Source: Minisyncoccia bacterium (GTDB lineage: Bacteria > Patescibacteriota > Minisyncoccia > Phycocordibacterales > Phycocordibacteraceae). From it: a DNA stretch of 64,000 nt. The notes under the pieces were generated by a model. That model saw only the letters and a list, made by a program, of their open reading frames with translations, was not told the DNA's origin and searched no databases. Position 1 is the first letter of the stretch, and every line of letters begins with the position of its first letter. A program made the position numbers and the translations under genes. Shown piece after piece: positions 38,204 to 47,980 of the stretch. The stretch lies in assembly GCA_041485695.1 (NCBI GenBank), contig JBGPJZ010000001.1:44697-108696 (forward strand). The letters are read 5' to 3'.

Positions 38204-39943
38204 ATGACGGTGAATGAAGTACGGAAGCGATACTTAGACTTTTTTGAGAAAAGAGGGCACAAGGTAATACCCTCGGCGCCCATCGTGCCCGAGAATGACC
38301 CGACGACGCTTTTCACGTCGTCGGGGATGCAGCCTTTGGTGCCGTATTTGCTCGGGAAGGATCACCCGGAAGGGAAGCGGTTGGTAAACTCGCAACTTTC
38401 ATTTCGCGCGGGCGATATTGAAGAGGTGGGCGATAATCGCCACACCACTTTTTTCGAAATGCTCGGCAACTGGTCGTTGGGTGATTACTTTAAAAAAGAG
38501 CAATTGCCGTGGGTCTATGAATTTTTAACTACCGAACTAAAACTACCGAAAGAGCGGATATGGGTAACGTGCTTTGCAGGTGATGAAAATCTAGGTCTAC
38601 CAAAAGATACGGAGTCGGCAGAGATTTGGAAATCGCTCGGCGTGCCCGAAGACCGCATCCTTTTTTATGACGCCAAGAAGAATTGGTGGAGCCGCTCCGG
38701 CACGCCAGAGAAGATGCCGGCAGGGGAGCCAGGCGGCCCCGATTCTGAAATCTTTTATGACTTCGGCACGCCGCACGACTTTGCGTTTGGCGACGAGTGC
38801 CACCCTAACTGTGATTGCGGGCGTTTTATGGAGATTGGAAACTCGGTGTTTATGGAGTACATCAAAACTGCCGATGGTTTCGATAAGCTTCCGAAACGCA
38901 ATGTCGACTTCGGCGGTGGGCTCGAGCGCCTCACGGCCGCAACCCTCGGTAATCCGGATGTCTTCCTCATTGACGTGTTTGATGCGGCGCGTGAAGAGTT
39001 GGGGCGCCTCTCGGGTAAGCGGTATGAAGAATCCCTTGAAGTTACACGCGTATTCCGAATCATTTTAGATCACACACGTGCGGCTTCGGTGATGTTCGAT
39101 TTCGGCCTTCGACCCTCGAATACAGAACAAGGATACATACTCCGGCGATTAATTCGCCGCGCTATTCGTGAGGCCGACCGGCTCGGTATTACCGAAAATA
39201 TCTTAGCGGAAGTCGCTGGTGCGCACAGGGAAGAATTCCAGCAAGAAGAGGAACGATTCCGTAAAACTCTTACCCAAGGCATGCGGGAGCTCGAGAAGAT
39301 GGATCCGATTGACGCCTTTACTCTTTTTACGACCTACGGATTTCCGGTTGAACTCACGGCTGAAATAGCGGCAGAACGGGGGAAGCCGATCAATTTTGAA
39401 GAGGTAAAGACGCAAATGGAGGAGCATCAAGCGAAAAGCCGTGCAGGGGCGGCGCAAAAGTTCGCGGGGGGATTAGCGGATCATGCAGAGCAGACCATCC
39501 GCTACCACACGGCGCACCATATTTTACTCAAAGCGCTCCAGATGGTGCTCGGACCCGACGTCCACCAGCGGGGGAGCAATATCACAAGCGAACGGCTTCG
39601 CATCGATTTTTCGCATGGGCAAAAAATGACACCCGAACAGATTGCTCAAGTAGAAAGAATCGTGAATGAAAAGATAGCTGAAGCAATTCCCGTCATCCGC
39701 ACTGATATGAAGAAAGAAGAAGCAGAGAAGCTCGGGGCCGAGCACGAGTTCGGTGTTAAGTACCCCGATACTGTTTCAATCTACTCGGTGGGCCCGCTTG
39801 ATAGTGCATTTTCAATAGAATTCTGCGGCGGCCCGCATGTAGAGAATACAAAAGAGTTAGGTGCCGGCGGGAAGAAATTCGAAATCCTGAAAGAAGAGGC
39901 GTCTTCAGCCGGTGTGCGTCGCATCAAAGCGGTGCTCCAATAG
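38204..39943 (+). CDS. alaS: Alanine--tRNA ligase, short form without C-Ala domain
   Basis: DPTTLFTSSGMQ, HTTFFEMLGNWS.GDYFK, editing motifs HTAHH and CGGPH, ends GVRRIKAVLQ. Confidence 0.97.
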   Translation: MTVNEVRKRYLDFFEKRGHKVIPSAPIVPENDPTTLFTSSGMQPLVPYLLGKDHPEGKRLVNSQLSFRAGDIEEVGDNRHTTFFEMLGNWSLGDYFKKEQLPWVYEFLTTELKLPKERIWVTCFAGDENLGLPKDTESAEIWKSLGVPEDRILFYDAKKNWWSRSGTPEKMPAGEPGGPDSEIFYDFGTPHDFAFGDECHPNCDCGRFMEIGNSVFMEYIKTADGFDKLPKRNVDFGGGLERLTAATLGNPDVFLIDVFDAAREELGRLSGKRYEESLEVTRVFRIILDHTRAASVMFDFGLRPSNTEQGYILRRLIRRAIREADRLGITENILAEVAGAHREEFQQEEERFRKTLTQGMRELEKMDPIDAFTLFTTYGFPVELTAEIAAERGKPINFEEVKTQMEEHQAKSRAGAAQKFAGGLADHAEQTIRYHTAHHILLKALQMVLGPDVHQRGSNITSERLRIDFSHGQKMTPEQIAQVERIVNEKIAEAIPVIRTDMKKEEAEKLGAEHEFGVKYPDTVSIYSVGPLDSAFSIEFCGGPHVENTKELGAGGKKFEILKEEASSAGVRRIKAVLQ

Positions 39944-39958
39944 TTTATACTTAACCCA

Positions 39959-41002
39959 ATGAGTTTCTTTGGGAATCTTTTCGGCACTAAGAAAACAGCC
40001 GAGTCGGTTGCGCTGATTGAAATCGGGCCGGATTCTATCGCGGGCGGCTTTGGATATTTTAAACGTGGCGAGACCCCGCTTATCGTCTATGCGAGCCGTG
40101 CGCCGATACAACAAGCGCAGGGTGAGTCCCCCGTGCAGGCCACGGTGCGCACCTTAGACGTTCTTGGCCAAAGCCTTATTGGCCAAGGGGCTCCTTTACT
40201 CCTCCGGGCAGCCGGGAGCGGGCGCATCGATTCAGTACTGGTCTCGGTCAAAGCTCCGTGGCAAGAGACCACTATCCGCTCTGAAAAGATCGAACGTACG
40301 GAGCGCTTCTTCTTCACTCGCGCGCTCCTCAACACGGCGCTCGTCAAGTCGGCAGAGGCTCCCCAAGGTCGCCTCCTTGCTGACGAAATCGTCGTGGGTA
40401 CCATCCTTGACGGCTACGAAACCAAGAAGGCGATCGGCAAGCGTGCAAGCCGCGTAAGCATCATCGTGCTTTCATCGTTCATCGACGAACAGCTCTCGCT
40501 CGCGATTGCAGAAGGGTTGCGCAAGCTTTTTCATACCACCTCCATCCGGCTTGTCGCGGCTGCGGCGATTCGTTACGAGGCGCTGCAGGCAGTCTTCCCG
40601 CATGAAGATGAATACCTGACCGTCGATATCACTGGCGGCGCCATCGTGACCACGCTCATCCGCCGTGGGCTCCTCTCTGCCGTTGAGCACGCCACGGCAG
40701 ATACCGCTCCAGGCATTCAAGACGCGTGGCTTGGAGCTCTCACAAAAACGCTTGAGGCAATCACGAAGCGCTATCCCTTGCCGCGCAAAGTGCTCCTCCT
40801 TGCTGCCGAGAGCGACCGGGCGGCTTTGAAACAAAAAATCGAGGGGGCTCCGCTCGCATCGCTCCGCCTCTCTGAAGATCCTCCAGCCGTGATTCCCATC
40901 TCGCCCTCGAATCTCACCGACATCGTGCGCATTGCCGAGAATGTCGAGCCAGACCTCGGGTTGGAGCTCATGGCAGCTTTTTGGCGTAAGGTCGAGAGCT
41001 AA
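39959..41002 (+). CDS. Divergent FtsA/PilM-like actin-fold protein
   Basis: ALIEIGPDSI (phosphate-1-like), ILDGY, TVDITGGAI (phosphate-2-like); motifs are degenerate. Confidence 0.6.
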   Translation: MSFFGNLFGTKKTAESVALIEIGPDSIAGGFGYFKRGETPLIVYASRAPIQQAQGESPVQATVRTLDVLGQSLIGQGAPLLLRAAGSGRIDSVLVSVKAPWQETTIRSEKIERTERFFFTRALLNTALVKSAEAPQGRLLADEIVVGTILDGYETKKAIGKRASRVSIIVLSSFIDEQLSLAIAEGLRKLFHTTSIRLVAAAAIRYEALQAVFPHEDEYLTVDITGGAIVTTLIRRGLLSAVEHATADTAPGIQDAWLGALTKTLEAITKRYPLPRKVLLLAAESDRAALKQKIEGAPLASLRLSEDPPAVIPISPSNLTDIVRIAENVEPDLGLELMAAFWRKVES

Positions 41003-41066
41003 TCGTATCCACTCCTCGCCGGGGCTTGCGGTGTTACTTTTTCCGAAGTAGCCTATACTATCCTCT

Positions 41067-42284
41067 ATGAGAACACTCGATGACATCATCCCACCGTCAC
41101 GTCGCCCGCAATCGGCTGAAGCGGTTCCGCCCGCGCCCGCGCCAAGATTCCGCACGCGAGGGCGCTTCCCCTTAGGGACGCTCGTCGTCGTCCTCCTTAT
41201 CGTCGCCGTTTCGGCCGGGGCGCTGTTCTATTTCTCGAGCGCGCTTGTTAAGGTTACGCCTCAATCGCGCACGGCGACCCTCGCTAGTGCCGCGCTTACG
41301 GCTACCGCAGGGACGGGGGACCTCTCCTTTGAAATCGTTACTGTTCAAAAAGTCGCGTCACAGTCGGTCACAAGCTCGGGCACGCGTGCAGTAAGCTCGT
41401 CCGCGCAAGGCACGATTACGATTTATAACGCCCAAAGCACGACTCAAAAGCTTATCGTCAATACTCGTTTCCAGACTGCGAGCGGCTTGGTCTACCGTGT
41501 CCACGCGCCGGTCACCATACCGGGGGCGAAGGGTGGCACGCCGGGGAGCGTGAATGCAACCGTCTACGCCGACAAGCAGGGGAGCCAGTATAATGTCGGC
41601 CCCACCTCCTTTACGCTCCCTGGCCTCTCGGGTACGCCCCAATTTACGCAAGTCACTGCCAAATCGGCCTCCGCCATGACCGGTGGCGCCTCCGGCAATG
41701 AGCCCGTCGTAGCCGAGGGAACCGAGTCGGCTACCCGCGCTGCCTTGATGGACTCGCTCGGGAAGGATCTCACGACGGCGCTCGCAGCAGAGGTACCCAA
41801 AGGGTACGTGCTCCTCCCGGGCGCCTCTGATACGAGCTACGCGCCTATGCCTACCGTTGCCGGCACAGGCGCCGGTATGGCAGATCTCAAAGAACAGGGC
41901 ACCATGCGGGGCGTTATCCTCCCTGAGGAAGCACTCGCAAAGGTGGTCGCGACAAACGGGCTCGGCGCTACTTACAAAGGCGAGACGGTTGTCCTAGGCG
42001 ATGTTAGTACCCTCATACTTAAGCCCGCGACCGCCTTCCCCGCAGCCGGCGACCAATCGTTTGCCTTCACGCTCTCTGGGACGGCAACGGTCATCTCGGT
42101 CATTGACCCGGCGCGCGTGAGCGCCGCGGTCGCTGGCAAGGACAGAGCCGCTGCAGAGTCCGTTTTGAAACAGTACACCGAGGTGCGGCAAGCCATCCTC
42201 GTGCTACGCCCCTTCTGGCGCTCCTCATTCCCCGAGGACCCGGCGCAAATCAAGGTGGAAGTCCTCCCGGCGGCCTCCAATTGA
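41067..42284 (+). CDS. Membrane-anchored protein with baseplate-J-like beta domain
   Basis: One TM; AQGTITIYN, TRFQT..GLVY, VYADKQG..YNV, MTGG; C-terminal PFW..FP. Confidence 0.7.
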   Translation: MRTLDDIIPPSRRPQSAEAVPPAPAPRFRTRGRFPLGTLVVVLLIVAVSAGALFYFSSALVKVTPQSRTATLASAALTATAGTGDLSFEIVTVQKVASQSVTSSGTRAVSSSAQGTITIYNAQSTTQKLIVNTRFQTASGLVYRVHAPVTIPGAKGGTPGSVNATVYADKQGSQYNVGPTSFTLPGLSGTPQFTQVTAKSASAMTGGASGNEPVVAEGTESATRAALMDSLGKDLTTALAAEVPKGYVLLPGASDTSYAPMPTVAGTGAGMADLKEQGTMRGVILPEEALAKVVATNGLGATYKGETVVLGDVSTLILKPATAFPAAGDQSFAFTLSGTATVISVIDPARVSAAVAGKDRAAAESVLKQYTEVRQAILVLRPFWRSSFPEDPAQIKVEVLPAASN

Positions 42285-42323
42285 CGGCTTAGTAGCCTAA
42301 TGCTAAGGTAATTTGGTATCCGC

Positions 42324-42566
42324 ATGAATGAAGCGAGAGAGAAACAGACGGCGACAGGCGTCGTCGAGGAGGTGCTACCTGACTCACTGTTTCGCGTACG
42401 TGTCGCTCCAGCGGAGGACGGGACCCCTCCCAAAGAGGAGCTCGTGCTCGCATATCTTGCGGGGAAGATGCGCATGAATCGCATCCGGGTCTTGATGGGA
42501 GACAAGGTTGAGATGGTTATCGACCCCTACGGGGGCAGGGCGCGCATCGTTCGACGGCTTACTTGA
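42324..42566 (+). CDS. infA: Translation initiation factor IF-1
   Basis: GVVEEVLP..FRV, LAYLAGKMR..IRVL.GDKV. Confidence 0.95.
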   Translation: MNEAREKQTATGVVEEVLPDSLFRVRVAPAEDGTPPKEELVLAYLAGKMRMNRIRVLMGDKVEMVIDPYGGRARIVRRLT

Positions 42567-42590
42567 TTTCTTAATTTTATCTAACGATAC

Positions 42591-42707
42591 ATGAAGGTTC
42601 GGGCATCTATCAAAAAGCAGCAACCAGGAGATTTGCTCGTCCGCCGAGGCGGGCGTTTATATCGTATCAACAAGCGTAACCCGCGCCGTAAGGCTCGCCA
42701 GGGCTAA
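42591..42707 (+). CDS. rpmJ: 50S ribosomal protein L36, zinc-free type (absent from the ORF track)
   Basis: Hand translation [38 protein letters not shown]; position between infA and rpsM. Confidence 0.95.
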   Translation: MKVRASIKKQQPGDLLVRRGGRLYRINKRNPRRKARQG

Positions 42708-42736
42708 CAGCTATGTATAGCAAATTAAACTAGCGT

Positions 42737-43117
42737 ATGCGTATTTCCGGCGTCACCATCCCCGATGATAAGCAGCTAGCTTACTCGCTGCCGTTGATCT
42801 ACGGCATCGGGCCGACGCGCGCCAAAGATATCCTCACCAAGGCGGGTATCGCCTTCTCTAAAAAAGGCAGCGAGCTCACCTCGGACGAAGAGCAGAAGGT
42901 CCGCGCCTTGGCAGAGGGCTACACCATCGAGGGCGAGCTCCGCCGCGAGATTGGGCAGAACATCAAGCGCTTGAAGGACATCAAGAGCTGGAGGGGCAAC
43001 CGCCACGAGCGTGGGCTCCCGGTCAGGAATCAACGCACCAAGACGAACTCGCGCACGCGCCGCGGCAACGTCCGCAAGACTATGGGAAGCGGCCGCCGTA
43101 CGCTCGAAAAGACATAA
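42737..43117 (+). CDS. rpsM: 30S ribosomal protein S13
   Basis: IYGIG, IEGELRR, GLPVRNQRTKTNSRTR. Confidence 0.98.
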   Translation: MRISGVTIPDDKQLAYSLPLIYGIGPTRAKDILTKAGIAFSKKGSELTSDEEQKVRALAEGYTIEGELRREIGQNIKRLKDIKSWRGNRHERGLPVRNQRTKTNSRTRRGNVRKTMGSGRRTLEKT

Positions 43118-43123
43118 ACCAGT

Positions 43124-43558
43124 ATGGGTAAAAAACGCATCATCAAGAAAAGCGGCAAGGGCCTCGACCAGGGGCGCAAAGAACGTGCGCTCTCGAAGGT
43201 TTCGAAGCGCCACCTTGAGAAGGGCATCCTCCACATCGAGGCGACTTTTAATAACACCAAGGCGACCTTGACCGACGAAAAGGGCAATGCCGTCGTCTCC
43301 TCGTCGGCAGGCGCGCTCGGCTTCAGCGGTGCGCGCAAGTCGACGCCCTACGCCGCCGCAAAGGTAGGCGAACTTATCGGCGAGAAGGGCGCGATGATTG
43401 GCCTCAAGGAGGCGACCGTCGTCATCAGCGGGGTAGGCGCTGGCCGCGAGTCGGCCTTGCGCGCCTTTGCCGGCAAGGGTATCCAGATACGCTCTATCAA
43501 GGACGCGACGCCTATTCCGCACAACGGCCCGCGCCCGCCTAAGCCTCGCCGCGTCTAG
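43124..43558 (+). CDS. rpsK: 30S ribosomal protein S11
   Basis: ATFNNT, RKSTPYAA, TPIPHNG. Confidence 0.98.
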   Translation: MGKKRIIKKSGKGLDQGRKERALSKVSKRHLEKGILHIEATFNNTKATLTDEKGNAVVSSSAGALGFSGARKSTPYAAAKVGELIGEKGAMIGLKEATVVISGVGAGRESALRAFAGKGIQIRSIKDATPIPHNGPRPPKPRRV

Positions 43559-43559
43559 T

Positions 43560-44171
43560 ATGAAAACCGGACCACGATTCAAGATAGCGAAGCGGCTCGG
43601 CGCCTCTGTGTTCGAAAAAGCACAGTCGCAAAAGTTCGCGCTCTCGGCTGACCGCTCTGCAAAGAATAAGAAGGGCGGTCGCGGCGGCCGTAGCGAGTAC
43701 GGCAAGCAGATGCTCGAGAAGCAAAAAGTGCGCGTGACTTATGGGGTGACCGAGCGCCAATTCCGCAATTACGTGCGCAAGTCCTTGATGGCGGGCGTCG
43801 GCACGCCGCTTGAGCGCCTCCACGCGTCTCTTGAACTCCGCCTCGACAATGTCATCTACCGCATGGGGCTCGTCACAACTCGCCGCGCCGCGCGCCAGAT
43901 GGTCGCTCACGGGCACATAGTGGTAAATGGTAAGAAAGTGCGCATCCCCTCGTACCGCGTCGAAGAGCGCGACAAGATCTCGGTACGCGAGGGGAGTAAG
44001 GCGCACGGTTCGTTTGTGAACTTCGCCGAGCGTTTCGCCGAGCGCCCTTTGCCCTCATGGCTCATGTGGGACGCGGGCCAGATGGAGGGAGGCATTAAGA
44101 CGGTGCCGACCGCCGAGAACGCTGACCCGGCAGGCGATTTGCGTGCAGTGCTTTCGTTCTACACCCGCTAG
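43560..44171 (+). CDS. rpsD: 30S ribosomal protein S4
   Basis: SEYGKQMLEKQK, ELRLDNV, ARQMVAHGH; ATG at 43560 just after the rpsK stop. Confidence 0.97.
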   Translation: MKTGPRFKIAKRLGASVFEKAQSQKFALSADRSAKNKKGGRGGRSEYGKQMLEKQKVRVTYGVTERQFRNYVRKSLMAGVGTPLERLHASLELRLDNVIYRMGLVTTRRAARQMVAHGHIVVNGKKVRIPSYRVEERDKISVREGSKAHGSFVNFAERFAERPLPSWLMWDAGQMEGGIKTVPTAENADPAGDLRAVLSFYTR

Positions 44172-44217
44172 ATTTATCCTGTTACATTTATTCACCGCAG
44201 GTAATTACGATTGAGTT

Positions 44218-45162
44218 ATGGAATACCACATCACACTACCCAGCAAGCCTCGTGTCGTCTCTGAAAAGGACCTTCAAGGCGTTTATGAAATAGATTCTTT
44301 GTACCCGGGCTACGGCCACACCTTGGGGAACTCGCTCCGCCGTATCATCCTTTCGTCCCTCCCGGGTGCGACCGTCACTTCGGTAAAGATCGAGGGCATC
44401 CCGCACGAGTTTGCGACCATCGAGGGCATGCGCGAGACCGTTATCGAGCTCCTCTTGAACCTCAAGCGCGTGCACTTCATCCTTCATGGCGACGAGCCGC
44501 AGACCATCAAGCTTAAGGTCAAGGGTCCGAAGAGCGTCACGGCAGCAGATTTTGAAATGCCTTCGCAAGTGGAGATTAAGAACCCAGAGCAGAATGTGTG
44601 TGAGATTAGCGGCAAGAACGAGCTCGAGCTCGAGGCGACGATTGAGCGCGGCCTCGGCTACGTGCCGCGCGAGACGCTGACCAAAGAAAAGGTAGACATC
44701 GGCACCATCGCGCTTGATGCGACCTTCACCCCGATTCGCCGCGTGAATTACGAAGTGGAGAACATGCGCGTTGGCGACCGTACCGACTTTAACCGTCTCC
44801 GCATCCTGATAGAGACGAACGGCACCATCATGCCGCGCGAAGCCTTGGAGAAGTCGATAGAGACCATGATCCACCAGCTTAAGGCGGTTATCGGCTTTCA
44901 AGAAGAGCCGGTCCTTACCTCAAACTCTGCTAATGAAGATCCAGTTGCCCTCACTGGCGACGCAAGCAAGGCAAAGGTTGCCGAGCTCGGCCTCTCGGCG
45001 CGCATCGTTTCAGCGCTTGAAGATGCCGGCATCAAGAGCGCCGCAGGCCTCGCTCGCAAAACTGCCTCGGCCTTGAAAGAGCTCGAGGGCATTGGCGACA
45101 GGGCGGTCACCGAGATAGAAGAGGCTCTTAGCAAGCTCGGCCTCGCGCTTAAGGGCGAATAA
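44218..45162 (+). CDS. rpoA: RNA polymerase alpha subunit
   Basis: GYGHTLGNSLRRI, DATFTPI, RVGDRTDF. Confidence 0.98.
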   Translation: MEYHITLPSKPRVVSEKDLQGVYEIDSLYPGYGHTLGNSLRRIILSSLPGATVTSVKIEGIPHEFATIEGMRETVIELLLNLKRVHFILHGDEPQTIKLKVKGPKSVTAADFEMPSQVEIKNPEQNVCEISGKNELELEATIERGLGYVPRETLTKEKVDIGTIALDATFTPIRRVNYEVENMRVGDRTDFNRLRILIETNGTIMPREALEKSIETMIHQLKAVIGFQEEPVLTSNSANEDPVALTGDASKAKVAELGLSARIVSALEDAGIKSAAGLARKTASALKELEGIGDRAVTEIEEALSKLGLALKGE

Positions 45163-45166
45163 ACCT

Positions 45167-45520
45167 ATGGCATCTCGCAGCAAAGCACGTTCATTCAACC
45201 GACCGGTTAACCAGCGCCGGGCTTTGCTGCGCTCACTTGCGCGCTCACTCATCATCCACGAGCGCGTCTCGACGACCGAAGCGAAGGCTAAGGAGCTCCG
45301 TCCCTTTATCGAGCGCCTCGTCACCTACGGCAAGAAAAATACGCTTGCATCCCGCCGGCTCGCCATCGCAAAATTGGGTGACAAGGCGGCAGTAAAAAAG
45401 CTCTTCGACGCTATCGCCCCGCGCTACACCGAGCGAGCCGGCGGTTATACCCGCGTCGTGAAGCGCGCGGCGCGCGGCTCTAACGATGCCCGCAAGCTTG
45501 CGTACATCCTGTTTGTATGA
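45167..45520 (+). CDS. rplQ: 50S ribosomal protein L17
   Basis: TTEAKAKELR, R.GGYTRV. Confidence 0.97.
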   Translation: MASRSKARSFNRPVNQRRALLRSLARSLIIHERVSTTEAKAKELRPFIERLVTYGKKNTLASRRLAIAKLGDKAAVKKLFDAIAPRYTERAGGYTRVVKRAARGSNDARKLAYILFV

Positions 45521-45537
45521 GAAATATAACCAGCGTA

Positions 45538-45615
45538 GGAGAAAGATGCCGAGAAAACAGTCTGGCCGAGCCGCAGGCGAGGAGAACCGAGGACTTTTTC
45601 GCAGGCGCTTTCTCC
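45538..45615 (-). repeat. ~78-bp folded intergenic repeat, copy 3 (inverted)
   Basis: GGAGAAAGATGCCGAGAAAACAGTCTGG...CGCAGGCGCTTTCTCC is the reverse complement of the consensus. Confidence 0.93.
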
Positions 45616-45626
45616 GCAGCATAATT

Positions 45627-45983
45627 ATGATGAAAGCCGCCACCCATACGATAGACGCGACGAACCGCACGCTTGGCCGCGTGGCTAGCGAGGCCGCGCA
45701 CGCCTTGCTTGGTAAGCGCTCGGCGAACTACGCCCAGAACGAGGCGCAAGCCATTAAGGTCACCATCGAAAACACCTCAAAGCTCCACCTCCCAGAGCGC
45801 CGTGTCGCGGGCAAGGTCTACACCCGCTACACTGGTTGGCCGGGCGGCTTCTTTAAGATGGGAATGAAGGAGATGATTGAGAAGAAGGGAATCGAAGAGG
45901 TCGTCCGCAAAACGGTCGACGGCATGCTCCCTAGGAACAAGCTCCGCGCGCCTCGGATGAAAAATTTGACTATCCATGCCTAA
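45627..45983 (+). CDS. rplM: 50S ribosomal protein L13 (short)
   Basis: IDA..LGRVAS, YTGWPGG, V.GMLP.NKL; the ORF-track extension is the repeat. Confidence 0.95.
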   Translation: MMKAATHTIDATNRTLGRVASEAAHALLGKRSANYAQNEAQAIKVTIENTSKLHLPERRVAGKVYTRYTGWPGGFFKMGMKEMIEKKGIEEVVRKTVDGMLPRNKLRAPRMKNLTIHA

Positions 45984-46380
45984 CAAAAACTCTGCATACG
46001 TTATGGCGGTAGGCCGCCGCAAGACTTCAACCGCATCGGTCCGCATGTTGGCGGGCAAAGACCCTACCATCCGCATCAACGGCTTGACTCCTATCGAATA
46101 TTTCAAGACTGCAGACCGCGTTGACGTCGTTGAAGAGGCTTTGAAGAAGGCCGAGAGCGCGAACGTGTACTCTGTCTCGGCGCACGTCGAGGGCGGCGGT
46201 ATCTCGTCGCAGGCTGGCGCTGTGCGCCACGCTATCGCGCGCGGCCTCATCAAGGCAGAGCCGAACCTCCGCGGCACCCTTAAAAAGCTCGGCTTCCTTA
46301 CCCGCGACCCTCGCGCCAAAGAACGCAAGAAACCAGGCCTCAAAAAAGCCCGCAAAGCTCCGCAATGGTCAAAGCGATAG
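45976..46380 (+). CDS. rpsI: 30S ribosomal protein S9
   Basis: GRRKTS, LTRDPR.KERKKPGLKKARKAPQWSKR. Confidence 0.98.
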   Translation: MPNKNSAYVMAVGRRKTSTASVRMLAGKDPTIRINGLTPIEYFKTADRVDVVEEALKKAESANVYSVSAHVEGGGISSQAGAVRHAIARGLIKAEPNLRGTLKKLGFLTRDPRAKERKKPGLKKARKAPQWSKR

Positions 46381-47015
46381 ATTGGAAAGCCGTAAGGATC
46401 CTCACTCTTTTTCTTCCACCCGTTTTATTTACGCTTATTATAAGCTCGCAATTCTCTGCAGAAGAAGTTTTCCCAGTACCCGACAAAACCAATGTGGACG
46501 TAATTTACAGCCCTGGAGAGATTGTAAGTGGACTGATTGCTAACCAAGAACGACACCTCAAATTTCTTAACCCAATAATTAATCCTGAATGGTTCCTTTA
46601 CACCACGCAAGTCATCAATAGTATGAAATTTGCTGTTATTTCAAAAACAGCAACCCCGCCATATGTGGAGGACAAAATCTCGCTGGTGCTTATTGTAAAT
46701 GGGCATCAAACCAAAATAAAGTACGGAAATTACGAAACAGTTTTTGACCAAACTCGAGACGAAATTTTATCAGGACTAACTGGATATATGTTTGTCTTCG
46801 AAGAAAACCACAATCAGCAGTATGCTTCTAATTCTTATATTGAATTCCAACATTCTAGCGACCAGGGGTGGGCATTTGTCAAAATCTATTTATCAGGCCT
46901 TTCACTCTTGATTATATTAATATCTTCCTTTATTGCTTGGGGAGGTTTTATTATTTTTACAAAACCACTTTATCAATTCCTTACTCGTGGAGAGCAGTGG
47001 TATCACAAGCCGTAA
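46365..47015 (+). CDS. AT-rich hypothetical membrane protein
   Basis: 216-codon ORF in visibly AT-rich DNA; TM segments at both ends. Confidence 0.6.
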   Translation: MVKAIDWKAVRILTLFLPPVLFTLIISSQFSAEEVFPVPDKTNVDVIYSPGEIVSGLIANQERHLKFLNPIINPEWFLYTTQVINSMKFAVISKTATPPYVEDKISLVLIVNGHQTKIKYGNYETVFDQTRDEILSGLTGYMFVFEENHNQQYASNSYIEFQHSSDQGWAFVKIYLSGLSLLIILISSFIAWGGFIIFTKPLYQFLTRGEQWYHKP

Positions 47016-47255
47016 AGGTTAATGTCATCGATAACGATAGCGCGGAAGGCGTAGTGGGGAGATTGTAACCTAACCGGCAAGAGGGGAGTTGTAGGGGATA
47101 GACTTGGACATTCGTATTTATACGATTTTTCAGACCACGCTACGGCGACCTGTCACACAGGTAATTCCCATCACTTTGTTGATGGGTTCTTTATATATAA
47201 AAAGAAAAAGCCCCGGGCGGTGAAGCGCGGGGCTTTTGAGTCGAGGGCGGGACGT

Positions 47256-47603
47256 TCAGGTGCCGGCGAAAAAGCCGGTTTCGCGATAGACAATGTCTCG
47301 AGCGTAACAGAGGCCGGCAGTGCCGCGAATATGGAGTTCGTCAGCACGTTCGACCAACTCTTTGGCATAGCGGTATTTGAAGCCGGACTCCGCTTGTATC
47401 CGAAACCGAAAAACGGTCATCATGAATGCCGCAGTCAATTGATCGAGGTTGTCGATGATGGCAACGGCTTCCTCGATGTCATAGTTGGCAATGATATCGG
47501 CGGCATTCGCGGGGTCGTAAGCATTACGAATTTCGCTCAACAAATCATTCACGTCCCTGCCCTTAACGACAAGGGCTAGGCGGTTTGGTCTTTCTTTGGC
47601 CAT
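47256..47603 (-). CDS. Hypothetical protein
   Basis: GGAGGG before ATG; downstream hairpin AAAAGCCCCG..CGGGGCTTTT. Confidence 0.55.
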   Translation of the reverse strand: MAKERPNRLALVVKGRDVNDLLSEIRNAYDPANAADIIANYDIEEAVAIIDNLDQLTAAFMMTVFRFRIQAESGFKYRYAKELVERADELHIRGTAGLCYARDIVYRETGFFAGT

Positions 47604-47614
47604 TAAACCCTCCT

Positions 47615-47815
47615 TCAGCAGATGGTGATGACGGTGTGGTCATAGATGTGACCATGAGCGTCGAGTTGAAACAAAAGTTTCCCTTTCTGTTTCAGGCTGT
47701 CGAGAATTTCCCAAAGGCCGCGTTTGATCCGAGTACGTTCACGCAATTGACCGTAGGTTACGGTCGCCCCTGCCTCGCAAGGCAAGTTGCGAATCACAAT
47801 GCTTTCGAAGTTCAT
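47615..47815 (-). CDS. Small hypothetical protein
   Basis: In tandem with 47256-47603; weak AAGGA upstream. Confidence 0.4.
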   Translation of the reverse strand: MNFESIVIRNLPCEAGATVTYGQLRERTRIKRGLWEILDSLKQKGKLLFQLDAHGHIYDHTVITIC

Positions 47816-47980
47816 TGACTTTGCGTCCTTGGGCGCATTCAGGTTTCCTGAAAACCAGTGTTACATATGAATGTACTTCTGTCAACTACCACGGGTGGAT
47901 TTTTGATTGCTGAACTCTTTTCTGGCACACTGTCGTGGGATTGAATTGCGCTAGGCTCGAGAGCGCGGTACGCTACAGAT

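Noticed and set aside
45486-45626. N-terminal extension of L13
   Set aside because: It is the intergenic repeat read in frame from a non-ATG start inside rplQ
47923-47937. sigma54 promoter (TGGCAC)
   Set aside because: The -12 TTGC element is missing at the required spacing
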